Origin: the human T2T-CHM13v2.0 reference genome, Homo sapiens
Reading direction: 5' to 3' (one strand)
NCBI RefSeq assembly: GCF_009914755.1
Contig: NC_060948.1
DNA: 64,000 nt
A program made the position numbers and the translations under genes. Below, one piece after another: positions 1 through 10,722 of this stretch; the first letter of the stretch is position 1; each line of letters begins with the position of its first letter. The notes beneath the pieces were generated by a model that was not told the DNA's origin, did no database searches, and saw only the letters and a list, made by a program, of their open reading frames with translations.

Positions 1-216
1 TGGAATCTAATGGAATGGAATTAAATGGAAATGAATCAAATTGAATAGCACGGAATTGAATTGAATGGAATGGAATGCAATGGAATCTAATGAAACGGAA
101 AGGAAAGGAATGGAATGGAATGGAATGGGCTGGAATGGAAAGGAATCGAAACGAATGGAATGGAATCGAACTGAAGAGACTGGAATGGAATGCACTGGAA
201 TGGAAGGGAGTGTAAT

Positions 217-231
217 GGAAGGTTCTCGAAA
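217..231. promoter_or_regulatory. Perfect heat-shock element motif 1 (gGAAggTTCtcGAAa), first copy; present in all units except 6 and 11
   Basis: Exact match to the HSF consensus nGAAnnTTCnnGAAn; function not demonstrable from sequence. Confidence 0.5.
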
Positions 232-963
232 AAAATGGAATCGAATGGAATGGAATTGAATGGAACGGAATAGAGTCGAATGGAATTGAATGGAATGGAA
301 TGGACTAGAGTGAAATGGAATCGAACCACAAGGAATGGACAGGAATAGAATGGTCTCGAATTGAATGGAATCGTATGGAATGGCATCAAACGGAATGGAA
401 TGGACAGCCACGGAATGGAATGCACTCGAATGCAATGGAGTCGAAACAAATGGACTGGAATAGAATGGACTCGACTGGTACGGACTCCAATGGAATGGAA
501 TCGAATGGAAGGGAATCGAACGGAAGGGAATCGAACGGAATGGACTCGAAGGGAAAAGACTGCAATGGAAAGGTCTCGAATGGAATGGAAATTAATGGAA
601 TGGAATGGAATCGAATGAAATGGAGTCAAAAGGAATGGAATCGAATGGCAAGAAATCGAATGTAATGGAATCGCCAGGAATTGATGTGAACGGAACGGAA
701 TGGAATGGAATCCAAAGGAATGGAATAGAATGGAATGGAATCGAATGGAAAGGACTCGAATGGAAATCACTCGAAAAGAATGCAATTTAATAAAATAGGA
801 TCAAATGTAATGGAATGGAATGGAAAGGAATCGAAACGAAAGGAATGGAGACAGATGGAATGGAATGGAACAGAGAGCAATGGTATAGAATGGAATGGAA
901 TCATCTGGAATGGAATTGAATGGAATGGAATAATATGAAATGGAATGGAATGGAATGGAATGG

Positions 964-1987
964 AATGCCCTTGAATTAAATGGACTGGAATGGAATGGAC
1001 TCAAACAGAGTGGAATGGAAAGTGTGGAGATAGAATGGAATGAACTCCTTTGGAATGGTGTAGTATGCAATGCAATCGACTGGCAGGGAATCAAAAGGAA
1101 TGTAATCGAATGGATTGGACTGGAATGCAATGGACTCGAATAGATTGGAAACGGAATGCAAAGGAATGGAATGGAATAGTATGGAATGCAATGGAAGGGA
1201 ATGGAGTGGAATAGACTAGAGTGGAATGGAATGGACTGGAAAGCAATGGACTGAAATGGAACTTTCTTGGATGGACTGGAATCAAACGGAATGGAATGCA
1301 ATGCAATCAAATGGCATGGAATAAAATAGAATGAAAGAGAATCAAATGGAATTGAATCGAATGGAATCGAATGGATTGGAAATGAATAGAATGGAATGGA
1401 ATGGAATTGACTCAAATGGAATGGACTAGAATGGAATGGATTCGAATGGAAGGCAAAGGAATGGAATCTATTGGAATGGACTGTAATGGAATGGAATGGA
1501 AGGGATTGGAATGGACTCGAATGGAATGGACTGCAATAGAAAGGATTCGAATGGAATGAAAAAGAATTGAATGGAATAGAACAGAATGGAATCAAATCGA
1601 ATGAAATGGAATGGAATAGAAAGGAATGGAATGAAATGGAATGGAAAGGATTCGAATGGAATGCAATCGAATGGAATGGAATCGAACGGAATGGAATAAA
1701 ATGGAAGAAAACTGGCAAGAAATGGAATCGAAATGGATGGAGTGTTATGGAACGGACTCAAAAGGAATTGAATGTAATAGAATGGAGTGGAGTGGACTCG
1801 AATATAATGGACTGGAATGGAATGAAATCACATGGAATGGGAACGAATGGAATGGAATGGAAAGGAATGGAATCGAATGGAAAGGAATCGAATGGAAGGG
1901 AATGAAATTGAATCAACACGAATGGAAGGGAATAGAATAGACTGTAATGGAATGGACTCGAATAGAATGGACACGAATGCTCAAATT
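964..1987 (+). other. Second DYZ1 diagnostic segment (1024 bp) bounded by AATGCCCTTGAATTAAATGGACT and AGAATGGACACGAATGCTCAAATT
   Basis: Both non-pentamer landmarks are read directly at 964-986 and 1964-1987. They match my recollection of a DYZ1 primer pair giving a ~1 kb product. Confidence 0.7.
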
Positions 1988-2710
1988 AAATGGACTCGAA
2001 TGGAATGGAAACGAAAGGAATGTCATCGAATGGAATTGAATCGATTGGAATGACATCGCATAGAATGGAGTGGAATCAAATGGAATTGAATCGAAAGGAA
2101 AGGAAGCGAATGGACTGAAATGAAATGGAATGGAATTGAATGGAAAGTAATGCAATGGAATAGAATGGAACGAAATTTCACGGAATGGAATCAAACTGAA
2201 TGGAATCAAATCAATGGAATCAAATCAAATGGAATGGAAAGGAATTGAATGGAGTAGATGGGATTGGATGGGATTGGAATGAAATGTACTGGAAAGGACT
2301 CGAATTTCATGAAACGGAATGGAATGAATTGGAACGGAATGGACTCGAATGGAATGGAATGTCATGGGATGGCATCAAATGGAATGGCATCAAATGGGAT
2401 GGAATCGAATGCAGTGGAATGCTATGGAATGGAATGGAATGCATTGGAATGGAATGTCCTCTAATGGAATGGATTCGAGTGGAATGGAATCGAATATAAT
2501 GGAGTCGAATGAAATGGAATTGAAAGGAATGGGATCGAATACAATGGAATATACTGGAATGTAACGTAATGAACTCGAATGTAATTGACTGGAATGGAAT
2601 GTACATGAATGGAATGTAATCGAATGGAAAGTAATCCAATGGAATAGAATCTAATGCAATAAAATCGACTCAGATAGAGTAGAATGTAATGGAATGGAGT
2701 GCAGTGCAAT

Positions 2711-2775
2711 GGAATGGAATGGAATGGAATGCAATGGAATGGAATGGAATGGAATGGAATGGAATGGAATGGAAT
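2711..2775 (+). repeat. Hypervariable near-perfect (GGAAT/GCAAT)n tract (first copy), 9-14 pentamers depending on unit
   Basis: Counted between GCAGTGCAAT and GGGAT in each unit. Confidence 0.9.
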
Positions 2776-3004
2776 GGGATGGAATGGTATGGAATGGATA
2801 GTAATAGACTGGAGTGAAATGGACTGGAAAGGAATGGACTCAAATTGAAAGGGCTCGAAAGGAATGGAGTCAAATGGAATGGTCTGGAATGGAATGAACA
2901 CGAATGTAATGCAACCCAATAGAATGGAATCGAATGGCATGGAATATAAAGAAATGGAATCGAAGAGAATGGAAACAAATGGAATGGAATTGAATGGAAT
3001 GGAA

Positions 3005-3158
3005 TTGAATGGAATGGGAACGAATGGAGTGAAATTGTATGCAGTAGAAGAGAATAGAATGGAATGCAAGCGAAAGGAAAGGAATGGATTGGAATGGAAT
3101 GGAATTCATTGGAATGGAAGGGAATGTAGTGTAATGGACAGGCCTGGAATAAAGTGGA
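3005..3158 (+). other. DYZ1 diagnostic landmark segment (first copy): EcoRI GAATTC 3102-3107 and StuI/HaeIII AGGCCT 3140-3145; repeated once per unit
   Basis: TTGAATGGAATGGGAACGAATGG at 3005-3027 and GGACAGGCCTGGAATAAAGTGGA at 3136-3158 match my recollection of the Y1.2/Y1.1 DYZ1 primers. Primer identity is from memory; the sites are read directly. Confidence 0.85.
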
Positions 3159-3515
3159 ATGCTACGGTCTCGAATGGAATAAAAATGTATGGAATGGAAT
3201 GCAATGAAACGGAATCGAATGTCATAGAATGTAATGGAATGCAAAAAAATGGAATCCAAAATCATTGACTGGAAAGGCTGGGTGTCGAAAGGAATTGACT
3301 CCAATGGAATGGAATCGAATGGAATGGAAGTGAATAGAATCGAACTAAATCGAATGGAATGGAATTGATAGGAACGGAATGGAAAGGAATGCAATGATTT
3401 GGCATGGAATGGAATCGAATGGCATCGAATGGAATGGAATGGAATGCAATGGAATGGAATGTATTAGAATGTAATGAACTTTAATGGAATGTACTCGAAT
3501 GGATTCGACTGGAAT

Positions 3516-3530
3516 GGAATGTTCTGGAAG
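3516..3530. promoter_or_regulatory. Perfect heat-shock element motif 2 (gGAAtgTTCtgGAAg), first copy; seen in every complete unit
   Basis: Exact match to nGAAnnTTCnnGAAn; function not demonstrable from sequence. Confidence 0.5.
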
Positions 3531-3579
3531 TGAATGGACTCCAATGGAATGGATTCAAAAGGAATGGAATCGTACGGAA

Positions 3580-6500
3580 TGGAATCTAATGGAATGGAAT
3601 TAAATGGAAATGAATCAAATTGAATAGCACGGAATTGAATTGAATGGAATGGAATGCAATGGAATCTAATGAAACGGAAAGGAAAGGAATGGAATGGAAT
3701 GGAATGGGCTGGAATGGAAAGGAATCGAAACGAATGGAATGGAATCGAAGTGAAGAGACTGGAATGGAATGCACTGGAATGGAAGGGAGTGTAATGGAAG
3801 GTTCTCGAAAAAAATGGAATCGAATGGAATGGAATTGAATGGAACGGAATAGAGTCGAATGGAATTGAATGGAATGGAATGGACTAGAGTGAAATGGAAT
3901 CGAACCACAAGGAATGGACAGGAATAGAATGGTCTCGAATTGAATGGAATCGTATGGAATGGCATCAAACGGAATGGAATGGACAGCCACGGAATGGAAT
4001 GCACTCGAATGCAATGGAGTCGAAACTAATGGACTGGAATAGAATGGACTCGACTGGTACGGACTCCAATGGAATGGAATCGAATGGAAGGGAATCGAAC
4101 GGAAGGGAATCGAACGGAATGGACTCGAAGGGAAAAGACTGCAATGGAAAGGTCTCGAATGGAATGGAAATTAATGGAATGGAATGGAATCGAATGAAAT
4201 GGAGTCAAAAGGAATGGAATCGAATGGCAAGAAATCGAATGTAATGGAATCGCCAGGAATTGATGTGAACGGAACGGAATGGAATGGAATCCAAAGGAAT
4301 GGAATAGAATGGAATGGAATCGAATGGAAAGGACTCGAATGGAAATCACTCGAATAGAATGCAATTTAATAAAATAGGATCAAATGTAATGGAATGGAAT
4401 GGAAAGGAATCGAAACGAAAGGAATGGAGACAGATGGAATGGAATGGAACAGAGAGCAATGGTATAGAATGGAATGGAATCATCTGGAATGGAATTGAAT
4501 GGAATGGAATAATATGAAATGGAATGGAATGGAATGGAATGGAATGCCCTTGAATTAAATGGACTGGAATGGAATGGACTCAAACAGAGTGGAATGGAAA
4601 GTGTGGAGATAGAATGGAATGAACTCCTTTGGAATGGTGTAGTATGCAATGCAATCGACTGGCAGGGAATCAAAAGGAATGTAATCGAATGGATTGGACT
4701 GGAATGCAATGGACTCGAATAGATTGGAAACGGAATGCAAAGGAATGGAATGGAATAGTATGGAATGCAATGGAAGGGAATGGAGTGGAATAGACTAGAG
4801 TGGAATGGAATGGACTGGAAAGCAATGGACTGGAATGGAACTTTCTTGGATGGACTGGAACCAAACGGAATGGAATGCAATGCAATCAAATGGCATGGAA
4901 TAAAATAGAATGAAAGAGAATCAAATGGAATTGAATCGAATGGAATCGAATGGATTGGAAAGGAATAGAATGGAATGGAATGGAATTGACTCAAATGGAA
5001 TGGACTAGAATGGAATGGATTCGAATGGAAGGCAAAGGAATGGAATCTATTGGAATGGACTGTAATGGAATGGAATGGAAGGGATTGGAATGGACTCGAA
5101 TGGAATGGACTGCAATAGAAAGGATTCGAATGGAATGAAAAAGAATTGAATGGAATAGAACAGAATGGAATCAAATCGAATGAAATGGAATGGAATAGAA
5201 AGGAATGGAATGAAATGGAATGGAAAGGATTCGAATGTAATGCAATCGAATGGAATGGAATCGAACGGAATGGAATAAAATGGAAGAAAACTGGCAAGAA
5301 ATGGAATCGAAATGAATGGAGTGTTATGGAACGGACTCAAAAGGAATTGAATGTAATAGAATGGAGTGGAGTGGACTCGAATATAATGGACTGGAATGGA
5401 ATGAAATCACATGGAATGGGAACGAATGGAATGGAATGGAAAGGAATGGAATCGAATGGAAAGGAATCGAATGGAAGGGAATGAAATTGAATCAACAGGA
5501 ATGGAAGGGAATAGAATAGACTGTAATGGAATGGACTCGAATAGAATGGACACGAATGCTCAAATTGAATGGACTCGAATGGAATGGAAACGAAAGGAAT
5601 GTCATCGAATGGAATTGAATCGATTGGAATGAAATCGCATAGAATGGAGTGGAATCAAATGGAATTGAATCGAAAGGAAAGGAAGCGAATGGACTGAAAT
5701 GAAATGGAATGGAATTGAATGGAAAGTAATGCAATGGAATAGAATGGAACGAAATTTCACGGAATGGAATCAAACTGAATGGAATCAAATCAATGGAATC
5801 AAATCAAATGGAATGGAAAGGAATTGAATGGAGTAGATGGGATTGGATGGGATTGGAATGAAATGTACTGGAAAGGACTCGAATTTCATGAAACGGAATG
5901 GAATGAATTGGAACGGAATGGACTCGAATGGAATGGAATGTCATGGGATGGCATCAAATGGAATGGCATCAAATGGAATGGAATCGAATGCAATGGAATG
6001 CTATGGAATGGAATGGAATGCATTGGAATGGAATGTCCTCTAATGGAATGGATTCGAGTGGAATGGAATTGAATATAATGGAGTCGAATGAAATGGAATT
6101 GAAAGGAATGGGATCGAATACAATGGAATATACTGGAATGTAACGTAATGAACTCGAATGTAATTGACTGGAATGGAATGTACATGAATGGAATGTAATC
6201 GAATGGAAAGTAATCCAATGGAATAGAATCTAATGCAATAAAATCGACTCAGATAGAGTAGAATGTAATGGAATGGAGTGCAGTGCAATGGAATGGAATG
6301 CAATGGAATGGAATGGAATGGAATGGAATGGAATGGAATGGAATGGAATGGGATGGAATGGTATGGAATGGATAGTAATGGACTGGAGTGAAATGGACTG
6401 GAAAGGAATGGACTCAAATTGAAAGGGCTCGAAAGGAATGGAGTCAAATGGAATGGTCTGGAATGGAATGAACACGAATGTAATGCAACCCAATAGAATG

Positions 6501-7138
6501 GAATCGAATGGCATGGAATATAAAGAAATGGAATCGAAGAGAATGGAAACAAATGGAATGGAATTGAATGGAATGGGAACGAATGGAGTGAAATTGTATG
6601 CAGTAGAAGAGAATAGAATGGAATGCAAGCGAAAGGAAAGGAATGGATTGGAATGGAATGGAATTCATTGGAATGGAAGGGAATGTAGTGTAATGGACAG
6701 GCCTGGAATAAAGTGGAATGCTACGGTCTCGAATGGAATAAAAATGTATGGAATGGAATGCAATGAAACGGAATCGAATGTCATAGAATGTAATGGAATG
6801 CAAAAAAATGGAATCCAAAATCATTGACTGGAAAGGCTGGGTGTCGAAAGGAATTGACTCCAATGGAATGGAATCGAATGGAATGGAAGTGAATAGAATC
6901 GAACTAAATCGAATGGAATGGAATTGATAGGAACGGAATGGAAAGGAATGCAATGATTTGGCATGGAATGGAATCGAATGGCATCGAATGGAATGGAATG
7001 GAATGCAATGGAATGGAATGTATTAGAATGTAATGAACTTTAATGGAATGTACTCGAATGGATTCGACTGGAATGGAATGTTCTGGAAGTGAATGGACTC
7101 CAATGGAATGGATTCAAAAGGAATGGAATCGTACGGAA
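3580..7138 (+). repeat. DYZ1 unit 2 (3559 bp, mostly A-type)
   Basis: Landmark recurrence; 12-pentamer variable tract; single copy of the distal 15-bp block. Confidence 0.93.
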
Positions 7139-10100
7139 TGGAATCTAATGGAATGGAATTAAATGGAAATGAATCAAATTGAATAGCACGGAATTGAATT
7201 GAATGGAATGGAATGCAATGGAATCTAATGAAACGGAAAGGAAAGGAATGGAATGGAATGGAATGGGCTGGAATGGAAAGGAATCGAAACGAATGGAATG
7301 GAATCGAACTGAAGAGACTGGAATGGAATGCACTGGAATGGAAGGGAGTGTAATGGAAGGTTCTCGAAAAAAATGGAATCGAATGGAATGGAATTGAATG
7401 GAACGGAATAGAGTCGAATGGAATTGAATGGAATGGAATGGACTAGAGTGAAATGGAATCGAACCACAAGGAATGGACAGGAATAGAATGGTCTCGAATT
7501 GAATGGAATCGTATGGAATGGCATCAAACGGAATGGAATGGACAGCCACGGAATGGAATGCACTCGAATGCAATGGAGTCGAAACAAATGGACTGGAATA
7601 GAATGGACTCGACTGGTACGGACTCCAATGGAATGGAATCGAATGGAAGGGAATCGAACGGAAGGGAATCGAACGGAATGGACTCGAAGGGAAAAGACTG
7701 CAATGGAAAGGTCTCGAATGGAATGGAAATTAATGGAATGGAATGGAATCGAATGAAATGGAGTCAAAAGGAATGGAATCGAATGGCAAGAAATCGAATG
7801 TAATGGAATCGCCAGGAATTGATGTGAACGGAACGGAATGGAATGGAATCCAAAGGAATGGAATAGAATGGAATGGAATCGAATGGAAAGGACTCGAATG
7901 GAAATCACTCGAATAGAATGCAATTTAATAAAATAGGATCAAATGTAATGGAATGGAATGGAAAGGAATCGAAACGAAAGGAATGGAGACAGATGGAATG
8001 GAATGGAACAGAGAGCAATGGTATAGAATGGAATGGAATCATCTGGAATGGAATTGAATGGAATGGAATAATATGAAATGGAATGGAATGGAATGGAATG
8101 GAATGCCCTTGAATTAAAAGGACTGGAATGGAATGGACTCAAACAGAGTGGAATGGAAAGTGTGGAGATAGAATGGAATGAACTCCTTTGGAATGGTGTA
8201 GTATGCAATGCAATCGACTGGCAGGGAATCAAAAGGAATGTAATCGAATGGATTGGACTGGAATGCAATGGACTCGAATAGATTGGAAACGGAATGCAAA
8301 GGAATGGAATGGAATAGTATGGAATGCAATGGAAGGGAATGGAGTGGAATAGACTAGAGTGGAATGGAATGGACTGGAAAGCAATGGACTGGAATGGAAC
8401 TTTCTTGGATGGACTGGAACCAAACGGAATGGAATGCAATGCAATCAAATGGCATGGAATAAAATAGAATGAAAGAGAATCAAATGGAATTGAATCGAAT
8501 GGAATCGAATGGATTGGAAAGGAATAGAATGGAATGGAATGGAATTGACTCAAATGGAATGGACTAGAATGGAATGGATTCGAATGGAAGGCAAAGGAAT
8601 GGAATCTATTGGAATGGACTGTAATGGAATGGAATGGAAGGGATTGGAATGGACTCGAATGGAATGGACTGCAATAGAAAGGATTCGAATGGAATGAAAA
8701 AGAATTGAATGGAATAGAACAGAATGGAATCAAATCGAATGAAATGGAATGGAATAGAAAGGAATGGAATGAAATGGAATGGAAAGGATTCGAATGTAAT
8801 GCAATCGAATGGAATGGAATCGAACGGAATGGAATAAAATGGAAGAAAACTGGCAAGAAATGGAATCGAAATGAATGGAGTGTTATGGAACGGACTCAAA
8901 AGGAATTGAATGTAATAGAATGGAGTGGAGTGGACTCGAATATAATGGACTGGAATGGAATGAAATCACATGGAATGGGAACGAATGGAATGGAATGGAA
9001 AGGAATGGAATCGAATGGAAAGGAATCGAATGGAAGGGAATGAAATTGAATCAACAGGAATGGAAGGGAATAGAATAGACTGTAATGGAATGGACTCGAA
9101 TAGAATGGACACGAATGCTCAAATTAAATGGACTCGAATGGAATGGAAACGAAAGGAATGTCATCGAATGGAATTGAATCGATTGGAATGAAATCGCATA
9201 GAATGGAGTGGAATCAAATGGAATTGAATCGAAAGGAAAGGAAGCGAATGGACTGAAATGAAATGGAATGGAATTGAATGGAAAGTAATGCAATGGAATA
9301 GAATGGAACGAAATTTCACGGAATGGAATCAAACTGAATGGAATCAAATCAATGGAATCAAATCAAATGGAATGGAAAGGAATTGAATGGAGTAGATGGG
9401 ATTGGATGGGATTGGAATGAAATGTACTGGAAAGGACTCGAATTTCATGAAACGGAATGGAATGAATTGGAACGGAATGGACTCGAATGGAATGGAATGT
9501 CATGGGATGGCATCAAATGGAATGGCATCAAATGGAATGGAATCGAATGCAATGGAATGCTATGGAATGGAATGGAATGCATTGGAATGGAATGTCCTCT
9601 AATGGAATGGATTCGAGTGGAATGGAATTGAATATAATGGAGTCGAATGAAATGGAATTGAAAGGAATGGGATCGAATACAATGGAATATACTGGAATGT
9701 AACGTAATGAACTGGAATGTAATTGACTGGAATGGAATGTACATGAATGGAATGTAATCGAATGGAAAGTAATCCAATGGAATAGAATCTAATGCAATAA
9801 AATCGACTCAGATAGAGTAGAATGTAATGGAATGGAGTGCAGTGCAATGGAATGGAATGGAATGGAATGCAATGGAATGGAATGGAATGGAATGCAATGG
9901 AATGGAATGTAATGGAATGGGATGGAATGGTATGGAATGGATAGTAATGGACTGGAGTGAAATGGACTGGAAAGGAATGGACTCAAATTGAAAGGGCTCG
10001 AAAGGTATGGAGTCAAATGGAATGGTCTGGAATGGAATGAACACGAATGTAATGCAACCCAATAGAATGGAATCGAATGGCATGGAATATAAAGAAATGG

Positions 10101-10722
10101 AATCGAAGAGAATGGAAACAAATGGAATGGAATTGAATGGAATGGAATTGAATGGAATGGGAACGAATGGAGTGAAATTGTATGCAGTAGAAGAGAATAG
10201 AATGGAATGCAAGCGAAAGGAAAGGAATGGATTGGAATGGAATGGAATTCATTGGAATGGAAGGGAATGTAGTGTAATGGACAGGCCTGGAATAAAGTGG
10301 AATGCTACGGTCTCGAATGGAATAAAAATGTATGGAATGGAATGCAATGAAACGGAATCGAATGTCATAGAATGTAATGGAATGCAAAAAAATGGAATCC
10401 AAAATCATTGACTGGAAAGGCTGGGTGTCGAAAGGAATTGACTCCAATGGAATGGAATCGAATGGAATGGAAGTGAATAGAATCGAACTAAATCGAATGG
10501 AATGGAATTGATAGGAACGGAATGGAAAGGAATGCAATGATTTGGCATGGAATGGAATCGAATGGCATCGAATGGAATGGAATGGAATGCAATGGAATGG
10601 AATGTATTAGAATGTAATGAACTTTAATGGAATGTACTCGAATGGATTCGACTGGAATGGAATGTTCTGGAAGTGAATGGACTCCAATGGAATGGATTCA
10701 AAAGGAATGGAATCGTACGGAA
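7139..10722 (+). repeat. DYZ1 unit 3 (3584 bp, A-type)
   Basis: Landmark recurrence; 14-pentamer tract with GTAAT variant. Confidence 0.93.

Larger units (their letters stand above)
1..3579 (+). repeat. DYZ1 unit 1 (3579 bp, A-type; unit phase is arbitrary, set at window start)
   Basis: Landmark TGGAATCTAATGGAATGGAATTAAATGGAAATG at 1 recurs at 3580. Confidence 0.93.

Noticed and set aside
786-797. AATAAA polyadenylation-like hexamers (also ~1320, 1694, 2658, 3148, 3178) and the AT-rich TTTAATAAAATA patch
   Set aside because: These are readily generated by GG-to-AA decay of GGAATGGAAT. There is no downstream GU/U-rich element or transcript evidence in the sequence.
801-1718. 305-aa minus-strand ORF (and all other listed ORFs, e.g. 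232 aa, 208 aa, 174 aa)
   Set aside because: Translations are FHSIP/MEWNG repeats dictated by (ATTCC)n/(GGAAT)n, which has no stop codon in its pure form. They show no domain-like content, many start at non-ATG codons, and they are freely frameshifted or truncated between units.
2301-2315. TTCATGAA two-unit HSE-like palindrome and numerous TTCGAA/TCGA palindromes
   Set aside because: It has only two inverted units or wrong spacing. TCGA is a common HSat3 pentamer variant, so it is not distinctive.
1-3579. Source of reported testis-expressed Yq12 non-coding or trans-spliced transcripts
   Set aside because: I cannot locate such a transcript or credible splice sites from sequence alone, so no ncRNA feature is called.
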